Notes under the pieces: model-generated
What the model was told of the DNA's origin: nothing
The model's input: only the letters and a program-made list of their open reading frames with translations
Databases searched by the model: none
Part shown: positions 19,214 through 28,729 of the stretch, one piece after another
Layout: the number at the start of each line of letters is the position of its first letter
Position numbering within the stretch: the first letter of the stretch is position 1
Origin: Candidatus Uhrbacteria bacterium RIFCSPLOWO2_01_FULL_47_17
Lineage (GTDB): Bacteria; Patescibacteriota; Patescibacteriia; UBA9934; GWF2-40-263
DNA: 64,000 nucleotides
Reading direction: 5' to 3'
Assembly (NCBI GenBank): GCA_001791305.1
Contig: MGEI01000005.1
Span: forward strand, 146,698 to 210,697
Translations under genes and position numbers: made by a program

Positions 19214-19792
19214 TTGTTTAAGTCTTTCCACCACCTTTTACACTTAATGATGATTTTGGGGCCTTAGCTTGAGATCTGGGCTGTTTCCCTTTCGACGTAT
19301 GGAGCTTAGCCCCCATCGTCTGACTGCCGGGAACACATGTTGGTATTCGGAGTTTGATTAGAGTCGCTACCCGAAGGCGCAAACTCGATTCAGTGCTCTA
19401 CCCCCAACACATTATTTACCGACGCTAGCCCAAAAGCTATCTCGGAGAGAACCAGCTATTACCGAGTTCGATTGGAATTTCTCCGCTATCCACAACTCAT
19501 CCCCGTGTTTTGCACGGCACGTGGGTTCGGCCCTCCACGAACTGTTACATTCGCTTCAGCCTGGTCATGGATAGGTCACCCGGTTTCGGGTTATGTGCGC
19601 GCCACCAATATTTCGCGGATTAACGCTCGCTTTCACTATGGCTTCGTCCCGGAGGACTTAACCAAGCGACGCACAACACACTCGTTGGCTCATTCTTCAA
19701 TAGGAACGCCATGACCCACTCTCCGCCTTGCGGCTTCGAGGGGCGCTGACTCCTTGTAAGTATACGATTTCAGATACTATTTCATTCCCCTT

Positions 19793-19826
<34 letters not shown>

Positions 19827-21094
19827 GTACACTATCGATCAGAACATGTATTTAGCTTTGCCAGATAGTCCCGGCAGATTCCTACAGGATTTCACGAGTC
19901 CCGTAGTACTCAAGAACAGTAATCATAATGACGTAATATATTTCGCGTACAGGACTTTCACCTTCTATGGTGTGACGTTCCAGTCACTTCCCCTATATAT
20001 TACATGGATTTCATTATCCGTTTTTTGAAGAAAACGACACTACCGTCTTACAACACCTATCTCTCGCAACGACTTCAATCTTTCGCATCCATTCACACAC
20101 AGTCTTGCGACTCCATGCTTACAAACACTTCACGAGAGAGGTTTGAGCTGTTCCCTTTTCGCTCGCCACTACTAAGGGAATCTATTCGTTTCGCGTTTCC
20201 ATACGACGTGCTGTCGGGTAAACCCGACTGGCCGCATGAAAACGTTAAACGAAATTGTTTTTTCTTTTCCTCTGGCTACTGAGATGTTTCACTTCACCAG
20301 GTGCCCTCCTTGCAACTATGTATTGATTGCAAAGTAATGCGGTATGAACCGCATTGGGTTGCCCCATTCGGATATCTTCGGATCAAAGGTTGTTTGCCAC
20401 CTCCCCGAAGCTTTTCGCAGGCTACTACGTCCTTCGTCGGCATGTTCTGTCAAGCCATCCTTCGTATACTCTTATTAATATGCTCTACAACCACTCTTAT
20501 TTAAGAGTGGTTCACTTCTTTGTGGTTTCTCTAATTCTGTTGATCTTCAATTGTAATGTTCGTGCGACCCTTGAAGGGTTTACCGAAATCTGTTTGATTC
20601 AAGGATCTGTTCTGGCCTTGAGGCCAGAGCTGAGCTACGACGCGAGAGTCGGAACTCAGCTCTAGGCACAAGAGACAAAGTGATGGAGTGGTTGAGTGGT
20701 GGAGTGAAGGTACTTGGCTTTTTGTTGAGAAGACACTATAAAACCGCCTTGTGGGCGGTCTTCAAGCAACAAAATTGTTACGATGAAGATCGTCCCTTAT
20801 ATTTGGTTTGCGTTACATGTGAACATATCCCCTTGTTCTCCGTAAGCTCCTTCTCCTCTCCATCCCATCAGCGGACCCATCTTCATGTGGGTCGATCAGC
20901 CAGATTATTCTTGGGACAAAGAAGAAGAAACGTATTCGATTTAAGTGGTGGAAGTTTAACGGAAGCCGAAAAGACTGTCAAGGGAATTTGTCCCAATTGT
21001 TTCCACAGGCATGTTTAACGATTTTATCTTGACAAAACCCCCATTTTCCGCTATGATTGTCTGATCCAAACGTTGGATCAACCAAGGAGGAGAG

Positions 21095-22501
21095 ATGCGT
21101 TCTTTCATCATAATCGCGATCGTTTTCATGTCCGCCTGTGAAAACAAGGTCGAAGGCCCAAAAGGCGATCAAGGAATCCAAGGTGTCGCTGGAGAGAAGG
21201 GCGACAAGGGTGAGCCTGGAGAAAAAGGCGAGGAAGGATCGAAGGGCGATCAGGGTGCAACCGGTTTGCAAGGCGAAAAAGGTTTGCAAGGCATCGCCGG
21301 TGAAAAAGGCGAAACCGGTTCGATCGGTTTGGCCGGAGTTCAAGGCGCGAAGGGAGATCCAGGATCGATCGGTCTTCCAGGTTCAGACGGAACATCTTGC
21401 GTCGGTCAGTCTGTAACCGAGGGCGTGCTCGTCACATGTGGCAAGGAAACATTCCTCGTGAAGCACGGCGATGTTGGACCGGCGGGAGCGAAGGGTGACA
21501 AAGGTGATGCTGGTTCGCAAGGCTTGAAAGGCGACCAAGGATTGCAAGGGATCCAAGGTGTCGCTGGAAAAGATGGCGTGCCTGGTCTCGATGGATTGCC
21601 TGGAGCAAAGGGCGATGTTGGACCGGCGGGAGCGAAGGGTGACAAAGGTGATGCTGGTTCGCAAGGCTTGAAAGGCGACCAAGGATTGCAAGGGATTCAA
21701 GGTGTCACCGGAAAAAATGGCACACCCGGTCTTGATGGATTGCCTGGAGCAAAGGGCGATGTTGGTTCTCAAGGGCTACAAGGAATTCAGGGAGACAAAG
21801 GAGATGCAGGATCCAAAGGTTCACCCGGATGGGATGGGATACCAGGATTAAAAGGAGACAAAGGGAATCAGGGTGAACAGGGTTTACAAGGAATCCAAGG
21901 ACCACAAGGTGTTCAAGGAAAACCAGGAGAACTTGGAAAAAACCTTGTGGCACAGTGCCCTGAAGGATCTAAAGCAATGGTGTTTAAAGGACACCTTAAG
22001 TACTGTGCTCATAAGTTTGTCTTTGAAAAAGGACTGACTTGGGAACAATGTCTGAACACGTGTCTGACGAACGGCTTATTGATTCCCCCACTTCACGAAT
22101 TTGCAATTATTTGCCTTGGAGATCCGACATTCTTCGATCAGGAAAAAGTTAATGGATGCCCGGACTTCCCCAACTGCTCAACCATTACTGGATGCCCGTC
22201 AGACTACAGTTGCTCAGACAAGCTCTGGTTCCACGTTGCCGAAAATCAGGCTGGTGGAGATACGACTCTTCGTCCAACACTAGCCTTCGAGCCATACTCC
22301 CCAGAAATGGGTAAGTATTTTTGCGAGGCCGTTCTGGAACAGAGTAAGGGAGTTGTGTATGCACAACCTAAATCTGGTCAAAAACGCATCTTCCTTAATT
22401 GGTACAGCTACCTTCGAACAGTGACGGTGCAAGACGACTTTGTTCCCACCGTGGACGCAACATTGCTTCCACGCGGCTGTCTTTGTGGAAAACAAATATG
22501 A
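21095..22501 (+). CDS. collagen-like triple-helix-repeat lipoprotein with Cys-rich C-terminal domain
   Basis: lipoprotein-type signal (IIIAIVFMSAC); about 260 aa of uninterrupted G-X-Y; internal 144-bp (48-aa) direct repeat x2 (21470-21613 / 21614-21757); about 190-aa Cys-rich C-terminus. Confidence 0.75.
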   Translation: MRSFIIIAIVFMSACENKVEGPKGDQGIQGVAGEKGDKGEPGEKGEEGSKGDQGATGLQGEKGLQGIAGEKGETGSIGLAGVQGAKGDPGSIGLPGSDGTSCVGQSVTEGVLVTCGKETFLVKHGDVGPAGAKGDKGDAGSQGLKGDQGLQGIQGVAGKDGVPGLDGLPGAKGDVGPAGAKGDKGDAGSQGLKGDQGLQGIQGVTGKNGTPGLDGLPGAKGDVGSQGLQGIQGDKGDAGSKGSPGWDGIPGLKGDKGNQGEQGLQGIQGPQGVQGKPGELGKNLVAQCPEGSKAMVFKGHLKYCAHKFVFEKGLTWEQCLNTCLTNGLLIPPLHEFAIICLGDPTFFDQEKVNGCPDFPNCSTITGCPSDYSCSDKLWFHVAENQAGGDTTLRPTLAFEPYSPEMGKYFCEAVLEQSKGVVYAQPKSGQKRIFLNWYSYLRTVTVQDDFVPTVDATLLPRGCLCGKQI

Positions 22502-22533
22502 AATTCTCTAACGATCCTAATTTGGATCGTTTT

Positions 22534-23025
22534 TTATTTTGTAACATTGAAAAATTCAATGTCCTCTTCTGTTAACTCTTGGCACGTAAATCCACCACAC
22601 CACCAAGAAAATCCTTGTAAATCGTGTCGCATTGCAATTAACAATTCTCGCGCCGACTTGGCATTAAAATCTGGAGATTGAGCTGTGGTCAGGGAAACAA
22701 TAAGTTTTCTAAATTTTCTAACAACTTTTGGAGAGCTATAAAGCCATGACTCAGAATATTTTCTGATCACTTCTTTTGCTTTTGCCAACTTAAGATTTAA
22801 ATCAACATCAATACCAGAAAAAAAATATGAGAGATCTTCTCTTACAAAGTTAATATATGTTTTTTGAAGCCAGACTAACTGTTTTTCTTTCATGGAAGAT
22901 CTTATTTGTAACTTATGAGCTTGCCAGCCTACAACTAGCAAAAAGAAACCGCCAATTAATGCCACGACAATTCCATTTGAAGAAAAATTCAACATATTAT
23001 ATAAAACAACTTTTGTTAAAATCAC
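22534..23025 (-). CDS. hypothetical membrane protein (AT-rich, possibly accessory)
   Basis: ORF with one TM segment; low GC relative to its neighbours. Confidence 0.35.
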   Translation of the reverse strand: MILTKVVLYNMLNFSSNGIVVALIGGFFLLVVGWQAHKLQIRSSMKEKQLVWLQKTYINFVREDLSYFFSGIDVDLNLKLAKAKEVIRKYSESWLYSSPKVVRKFRKLIVSLTTAQSPDFNAKSARELLIAMRHDLQGFSWWCGGFTCQELTEEDIEFFNVTK

Positions 23026-23385
23026 AAAAAGCTATCAGCGCGCTGATAGCTTTTACTTTTATTCAACAGTATCTTCGAGATGATCCGTCGGATCAATCCC
23101 TGAAATCTTGATGCCTTTTCTAATTACTATTCCTGCATTCATCGTTACAGAGCCCAATTTAAAAGCTTGTACGACTTTATATTGTCCATTACCGATGTAT
23201 TCGAGACAATTTTTTAATTTCTGCATATTTTTATTATTTTATTGTTTGAACAAATATCCTGAAGTCGACCATGATGCAGAAAATGAGTTGCTAAGACTTA
23301 TTTCTATATCATCTTTCATGATTAGCACTCTGCATCATAGAGTGCTATCAACTGCGTGTCAAATAAAAAACGCTGGTTTTATTTA

Positions 23386-23482
23386 TTCAAATTCAATCTC
23401 ATCAATCGACCCAATCCGCGTCCACGCCACATGATCTCGCTCATGCATATAATCATGCTTCGCACCCGGGCGGACGATGATG
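23386..23482 (-). pseudogene. orphan duplicated fragment of the 3' end (last about 30 codons) of the HAD-hydrolase gene at 26191-26862
   Basis: about 85% nt identity to 26196-26290 in the same orientation; rc encodes ...RPGAKHDYMHERDHVAWTRIGSIDEIEFE vs the intact ...RPGAKHDYAHERDDVAWKRIGSIGEIEIE. Confidence 0.55.
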
Positions 23483-23489
23483 TATATTT

Positions 23490-23780
23490 TTACATCCTTT
23501 TAAATTTCGCTTGATTGATCTTTTCAAGCGTTGACAATGTCAAAATCACAGACGGATTCTGACTCACTTTCAAAAACAATCTGTCTCCAAACTTTTGTTG
23601 GAGGGGTGTTAAGAATTCATCGCCCCATGAGGGTGAGAAAACGCTCACACCTTCAAAATCAACAATAACTTCTTCATCAACCCCAACAGAATTCAGTGTC
23701 GGAAGAAACGCAGCGTATGATTCTTTGCCATTTTGACGCGAAGTGAAAACGGAACCGAATTTATTTAGATGTATAATCAT
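23490..23780 (-). CDS. STAS-like small protein (DUF4325-type; possible partner/antagonist of the adjacent GHKL ATPase)
   Basis: 96 aa; pattern EEVIVDFEGVSVFSPSWGDEFLTPL typical of DUF4325/STAS-like proteins; 10-nt gap to the upstream gene. Confidence 0.5.
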   Translation of the reverse strand: MIIHLNKFGSVFTSRQNGKESYAAFLPTLNSVGVDEEVIVDFEGVSVFSPSWGDEFLTPLQQKFGDRLFLKVSQNPSVILTLSTLEKINQAKFKRM

Positions 23781-23789
23781 ATATTTTGT

Positions 23790-24524
23790 TTAAAACTCGA
23801 TCACAGACAAACATCCGTGTATGGGATCGGGGGTTTTTTCTGTTTTAAATTTCAGAATGCCTTTTTGAATCCTGAGCGTGGCCGTGCCTGATTGAAAATT
23901 GAGCGTTGCATCGGCGAGGTTTAATGCGTCTTTTGTATATTTTAATCCGTTGCCGCGATGTTCATTTTCTCTGCTTGTGAGAATTTCCGTGAAAGCGACG
24001 TGCAACGCTTCTTGATCGGACACCAAATTCGGTCGAACGCGCTGAAGCGTTTTTAATACGCCTTGCCCTCGATCTGCGAGGATGATGATGCGTTTACCCA
24101 AATCATAAGCAAAAAATATTCCCGGAACATCCGGCCAGTTTCCGATGTTGTGATCATAGGAGTTGCTTCCGATTTCTCCTGCGGCCGAAGAAATAAGAGA
24201 CGCTGTTTTTATAAACAATGGATTTGCATCCATTTCATGAACCATACGTTCAAAACGCGTCTTAAAGACGTCGCTAGTTTGACAATAAAAATCAGATTCC
24301 GGAACAAACGGCGTTTCTGCATGAACCCATTCTTGAGCCAGTCGTAAAATTCCTTTTGTTTTTTTGTTGAGATCCGCCAATGAATAATAACGATGCCCTC
24401 CCGGCGTCACATAGGAAGCTGAAAATGTGCCATCATTATGCCAACGACGCAAAGTCATCTGTGAAACACCCAAATATCTGGCGGCTTCACTGATTGTGAG
24501 ATAGTTTTTTGAAAAGCTAATCAT
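23790..24524 (-). CDS. HTH (MerR/excisionase-type) DNA-binding domain fused to a GHKL/HATPase_c-like ATPase (anti-sigma-factor-kinase-like)
   Basis: N-terminus LTISEAARYLGVSQMTLRRWHNDG (HTH_17-like); C-terminal half with DRGQGV (G1-like) and HRGNGLKY (G2-like) boxes. Confidence 0.55.
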   Translation of the reverse strand: MISFSKNYLTISEAARYLGVSQMTLRRWHNDGTFSASYVTPGGHRYYSLADLNKKTKGILRLAQEWVHAETPFVPESDFYCQTSDVFKTRFERMVHEMDANPLFIKTASLISSAAGEIGSNSYDHNIGNWPDVPGIFFAYDLGKRIIILADRGQGVLKTLQRVRPNLVSDQEALHVAFTEILTSRENEHRGNGLKYTKDALNLADATLNFQSGTATLRIQKGILKFKTEKTPDPIHGCLSVIEF

Positions 24525-24647
24525 ATTGACATAAATTATACAAAACTATACAAATTTGTCAAATCTATACATTTCAAGTCATTACGCTATGCGCCTTATT
24601 TTTCCCATGCTAAGATTATTTTACGCTCCTTACAATTGAGGTGATTC

Positions 24648-25310
24648 ATGTCAAAACATTCAACCCTTCTCACACGTCGAGATGTTCTTCGAATCGTTCC
24701 ACTCGGAATCGCGGGAACTGTCATGTTGAGTCCAACACCTGCAGAAGCCCGTATTCTCGGAATCATCATCCGAATCGGAGCCTACGGAGTTGGATCAATC
24801 ATGGGTCCATTTCTCGCAGCAGGAATGCTTGCAGTTGGAGCTGTGGCAGCCGTAAATCACGGCCTGCACACAATGTTTCGTAGGGATTCTAGATCCTCAA
24901 ACAATGATAGTTACTCCTCGTATGCAACCTACTCACCAAGCGGATGGAAGGAATACGTGCCGCCCAAGCCAATCATCATCAGTGTCTCTTTCAATCCAAC
25001 TGAACGCATTGCAGGCGACGTCCTGCGCATACGTGCGATCGAACACGACATCCTCAAAAACGACGGTGTCGAGCTTCCTCGTGGCGGCAGACTGATCATC
25101 GAAGAGGATGGAACCTTGCGTTTCGCGGACACCAAGTTCCGCGGATATGCACACATCCAAAACAATGGCGATCTCTCTGTCTGGACGCCTGATCATCAAC
25201 ACGTTCTCACACGCACACCGCGCGAAAACAGGTTCCACAACATCCACCACAATTCGGACGATGGACGTTCGGCATTGGTGTCATTGCTTGGAGAGATTAA
25301 ACATGTGTAA
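24648..25310 (+). CDS. Tat-signal secreted protein, unknown function
   Basis: TRRDVLRIVPLGIAGTVMLSPTPAEA resembles a twin-arginine signal peptide. Confidence 0.5.
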   Translation: MSKHSTLLTRRDVLRIVPLGIAGTVMLSPTPAEARILGIIIRIGAYGVGSIMGPFLAAGMLAVGAVAAVNHGLHTMFRRDSRSSNNDSYSSYATYSPSGWKEYVPPKPIIISVSFNPTERIAGDVLRIRAIEHDILKNDGVELPRGGRLIIEEDGTLRFADTKFRGYAHIQNNGDLSVWTPDHQHVLTRTPRENRFHNIHHNSDDGRSALVSLLGEIKHV

Positions 25311-26109
25311 GAACATACGTTGGATATCTCTTGCGATTGTCGCATGCATCTTCGTTCCCAGCACACATATGGCAGAAGAACCGTCTCCGGTTGATAAACT
25401 TCAAGGTGAAACTCGAACGGAAACAGTTAGATCTATGAATGAATTCATGATCTCAATTTCTGACCTAGAACCACACGTACAGGCAAGACTCTTGAAAGCA
25501 CGGCTTATAAATACTAGAATGATTTTTAAAAATGATAGGCCATGGATTGGTCAGTCTGAAGAGTACTATAGAAAATGTCAATGTAGTGAAGAAACTGACT
25601 ATCCAAGACATCCTTACTATATTTCTTCCCTTGCTACAGGGAAAAATATTTGGTCACTATCATATGTCATATATTACGGGAGGAATTATGGTGATAGACT
25701 GTTTCGTCTTGAAACTGTCGTAAACATTGAACCGAATTCCTTAATGTTAGAATGGATGCGTGCTCGGGACGAATATGCAGAATACTCAAAAGAAAAAATT
25801 AGTGGCATAGACGCTACGGTTAACATCTCTGGAAAAATCGATTCGTTTACCTGGGAACAAAACACGGGAGGTAACTTCTTTGTAACATCTGTACTCAAAA
25901 AACAAAAAGTGTCATGGTACAAGCAAGACATGATCAGCTGTAAACTTACAATGACATTGAATCCATTCTCCCCGGATGCGATCGCCTCATGGAAACTTCT
26001 CTATTCGTTGCCAGAACACACAAACATTTTGAATGAAAAAATAGCCGAATGGGTAAAGTACTACATGGGAAAAGGTGAAAAACCTAAACCTATTCTCGAC
26101 AAAAATTAA
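25303..26109 (+). CDS. secreted hypothetical protein
   Basis: ATG overlaps the upstream stop (ATGTGTAA); signal peptide MCKNIRWISLAIVACIFVPSTHMA. Confidence 0.5.
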   Translation: MCKNIRWISLAIVACIFVPSTHMAEEPSPVDKLQGETRTETVRSMNEFMISISDLEPHVQARLLKARLINTRMIFKNDRPWIGQSEEYYRKCQCSEETDYPRHPYYISSLATGKNIWSLSYVIYYGRNYGDRLFRLETVVNIEPNSLMLEWMRARDEYAEYSKEKISGIDATVNISGKIDSFTWEQNTGGNFFVTSVLKKQKVSWYKQDMISCKLTMTLNPFSPDAIASWKLLYSLPEHTNILNEKIAEWVKYYMGKGEKPKPILDKN

Positions 26110-26190
26110 CAAACCAAACGCACGCATAGTCCCGGTCAAAAAAACCTTGAGCTCACGCTCGGTTGCCTTATTTGATCGGGCTTTTTTATT

Positions 26191-26862
26191 TCACTCAATT
26201 TCAATCTCCCCAATCGACCCAATCCGTTTCCACGCCACATCGTCTCTCTCATGCGCATAATCATGCTTCGCTCCTGGTCTTACGATGCGGTAGAGCTGGA
26301 TCGGTAATCCGGCGTCCACTATTGGGTTCAGTTCATTCGGGCTGTCGTCGACGAATGCGATCGGACAGACCTCCCCCTGCCCCATTACCTGACCACCCCC
26401 TAGCCCCCTCCTTATAAAGGAGGGGGTTTCCGAGAGCATTTCTCGCAACACCGTCACTTTCAAATTGTTCGGCCCCGCGATTCGGATCGTGTCGAAGTAA
26501 TCATTCAAACCTGTCGAGGCGATCTTTGATCGTTGATACTCCGCGTTTCCGTAGGTCAGAATCGAAAACGTATGCGGCGGTCTGTGTTTCTCAAAAAACG
26601 GCACGACGTCATCATAAACGAGACTCGAGCCGATACTTTGCGCGTGAACGAGAAAATTTTGGACAAGCGTATCAACTTCCGACTCGGAAATTCCACACAT
26701 GAGTGCGTGCGCGCGATGTGTCCAACCGATTGCGTTTAAAATTCCCATTTGCTTGATGGCGACTTCACGATCAACTCCAAGACCCACAAGAATTTCCAGC
26801 CATTCAGACCAAATTTTTTCTGTGTTGAAAAGCGTGGAGTCGAAGTCACAGACGAGGTGCAT
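26191..26862 (-). CDS. HAD-superfamily hydrolase (phosphatase)
   Basis: motif I LVCDFDSTLF starts at residue 3 when ATG 26862 is used (the track start at 26922 would translate the promoter repeat array); FVDDSPNEL motif III. Confidence 0.75.
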   Translation of the reverse strand: MHLVCDFDSTLFNTEKIWSEWLEILVGLGVDREVAIKQMGILNAIGWTHRAHALMCGISESEVDTLVQNFLVHAQSIGSSLVYDDVVPFFEKHRPPHTFSILTYGNAEYQRSKIASTGLNDYFDTIRIAGPNNLKVTVLREMLSETPSFIRRGLGGGQVMGQGEVCPIAFVDDSPNELNPIVDAGLPIQLYRIVRPGAKHDYAHERDDVAWKRIGSIGEIEIE

Positions 26863-26870
26863 AGGGAAAG

Positions 26871-26960
26871 GTTGGCAAGGTTTGCGGGGTTGGCGATGTT
26901 GGCAAAAATTATGAATCGGCACAATGCAAACCTTGCAAACTTTGCCAACCTTGCAAACCC
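26871..26960. promoter_or_regulatory. inverted arrays of 9-bp repeats (GGTTGGCAA GGTTTGCGG GGTTGGCGA TGTTGGCAA ... rc) flanking the -10 box (cataat, minus strand) of the HAD-hydrolase promoter
   Basis: same 9-mer family and same flank-the-minus-10 geometry as 8266-8396. Confidence 0.5.
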
Positions 26961-26963
26961 TGT

Positions 26964-27617
26964 TTATTTATAAACATCCTCCAGGCTCTGTCCCGGGGCG
27001 TAATCAAACGGGGTCTTTGCTATTTCCAAAATTGTTTCTTTGAGAACGGGATATTGTGCTCCCATATAGTGATCATCTGTCGCGGTCTCCATAAATCGGG
27101 CGCGCAATTGATCGGCTAATTTTCGTCCATGCTCGATCGGAACCAACTTATCGTCCGCTGAGTGAATCACAACAAACTCTCTGGCTTTCCACATAAGAAC
27201 GTCTGCGTCGAGGTCATCGACGAATAAGCGACGGAGTTCTGGGCGAGAAACTTTCCATGGTGCGGCGACAAGGATGACGGCGCGTGGAGTCTCGGTCATT
27301 TCAACTGCCTCAAGATACTGTAAAATAGCAAGGGCACCCAAAGAATGCCCAAGCAAAATATCCTCGTTCTTTAAATACCCAATTTCTTTTTTCATGACCT
27401 CCATGAGCTTTGGCATATCGATGCCTTCTCGAATTTCAGGATCGATTGGGACGCTTGGATCCAAAACAGGAGCCTTCAAAGGAAGTTCTGGGGCAATCAC
27501 CTCAAAGCCAGCTGCGTGAAGTTCATCACGAAGCCATGGGTGAAAGTTCATGGATGGACTTGCATTAAAGCCGTGAACAAGGATGATGCGCATACTTTTC
27601 GAGGTGGAGCATACCAA
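26964..27617 (-). CDS. alpha/beta hydrolase, RBBP9/YdeN-like serine hydrolase family
   Basis: MRIILVHGFNASP, nucleophile elbow LLGHSLGA, about 215 aa. Confidence 0.7.
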   Translation of the reverse strand: MVCSTSKSMRIILVHGFNASPSMNFHPWLRDELHAAGFEVIAPELPLKAPVLDPSVPIDPEIREGIDMPKLMEVMKKEIGYLKNEDILLGHSLGALAILQYLEAVEMTETPRAVILVAAPWKVSRPELRRLFVDDLDADVLMWKAREFVVIHSADDKLVPIEHGRKLADQLRARFMETATDDHYMGAQYPVLKETILEIAKTPFDYAPGQSLEDVYK

Positions 27618-27718
27618 TTAAGAGGGTCCATGTCGAGGCATTGACATTTTGCACTTTTTTCCGTACAGTCCTTGGTCTTTGTAATCAAACAAAGGCAAAC
27701 CACCGGCGTGAGGCAACC

Positions 27719-28585
27719 ATGGGCAAACGACGCTTAAATGGCGAACATATCCAGGTTAGGCTTCCGGAAACCCTGTTTTCTCTTCCGGAAGGCTATACAG
27801 ACAAGCTCAGAGCTGCATCCTACAAAGGAGGCGAACGCACTGCTTCCATCTTGGAAAAAAAGGAAGCAATTTCGGAAGGCGAATTTGCCTTAGAACAAGA
27901 AACATACCGACAGATAGCGGGAGAAAATTTGGCCTTTTTCCATTTGCTGATGAGTTGTTATCTCTCGCGAATGGTTTACGACTTTGAGAGGATTGCTTTC
28001 GATCATCGAGCGAGTCTACGCAATAAATACCTCATTGCGGCCATGTCGCAAAAGGAGCTCACGATCGCGTGTCTATACCTGAAGCCAAAGATCATCCCCC
28101 ACATCCCCTCTTGGGACAAACACATCCACATGGGCTACAACGGCTGGTGGGCATCACACTTTTATGGAGCGGTGACCGTGGCGCGTGTCGCCCGGCGACT
28201 TTTACAAGAAGGAGCTGAGGTTCGACTTCCAACCGCCGCAGAGGACATCGATGACAAAATCGATCTCATCGCCTCATTCAAAGGACGATCGGAAGGTCTG
28301 TGCATGCAGATCAAGTCAGATGACCAGGTCGAGTGGATTCAACACCGCGTGTGTTCCGGACTCAATCCGAATCGTGAACCGGAATCGTTGCGACGCTTCC
28401 TCTTGGGAACGCGAAAATTCCAAGATCAATACCGCGGCATTTGGATTCCGATTGAACTCACCCTTGGCTCAAAGCCGTTTCAAGACGGAACAACCGTTTG
28501 GCGGGGTCCAATCGTTGATATTTTCCACACGATCCTTACAAAGGCGCTCGAAGAACACGACCCATCGCTTCGTGCGGCCATGTAA
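27719..28585 (+). CDS. uncharacterised protein, tandem paralog 1 (RHH-like N-terminus KRRxxGxxIQVRLPE)
   Basis: ATG 27719; paralogous to 28730..29629 (shared AxENLAFFHLLMS / AEENVGLYHLLLS, ARVxxxxxxxGAE, KIDLIASF..GLCMQIKS / RIDLLVRF..GLCVQIKT, GIWIPIELTLG / GMWFPLEIMIG). Confidence 0.55.
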   Translation: MGKRRLNGEHIQVRLPETLFSLPEGYTDKLRAASYKGGERTASILEKKEAISEGEFALEQETYRQIAGENLAFFHLLMSCYLSRMVYDFERIAFDHRASLRNKYLIAAMSQKELTIACLYLKPKIIPHIPSWDKHIHMGYNGWWASHFYGAVTVARVARRLLQEGAEVRLPTAAEDIDDKIDLIASFKGRSEGLCMQIKSDDQVEWIQHRVCSGLNPNREPESLRRFLLGTRKFQDQYRGIWIPIELTLGSKPFQDGTTVWRGPIVDIFHTILTKALEEHDPSLRAAM

Positions 28586-28595
28586 CTCCTCCTTC

Positions 28596-28640
28596 GACCC
28601 GCTTTGGGTCGTTTTTATTACGTCGCTCGCGAGCGACGTA
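28596..28640. terminator. hairpin terminator (gacccgctttgggtc + T-run) followed by a 20-bp perfect palindrome acgtcgctcgcgagcgacgt between the two paralogs
   Basis: read directly. Confidence 0.5.
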
Positions 28641-28729
28641 ATTTATTTGGAACGGTTGACAAACTCGTCTTTTTCACGTTAAATAGCTGGTCACCCCTTT
28701 CCGGGTGTCACATCAGAAGGAGGTTCTCT

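Noticed and set aside
22502-26190. Looked for an integrase, transposase or att-site-adjacent tRNA to explain the island
   Set aside because: None of the island ORFs has recombinase motifs (no R..H..R..Y tyrosine-recombinase signature, no DDE motif, no Ser-recombinase N-terminus). The island is reported on the basis of the duplicated HAD fragment and composition only.
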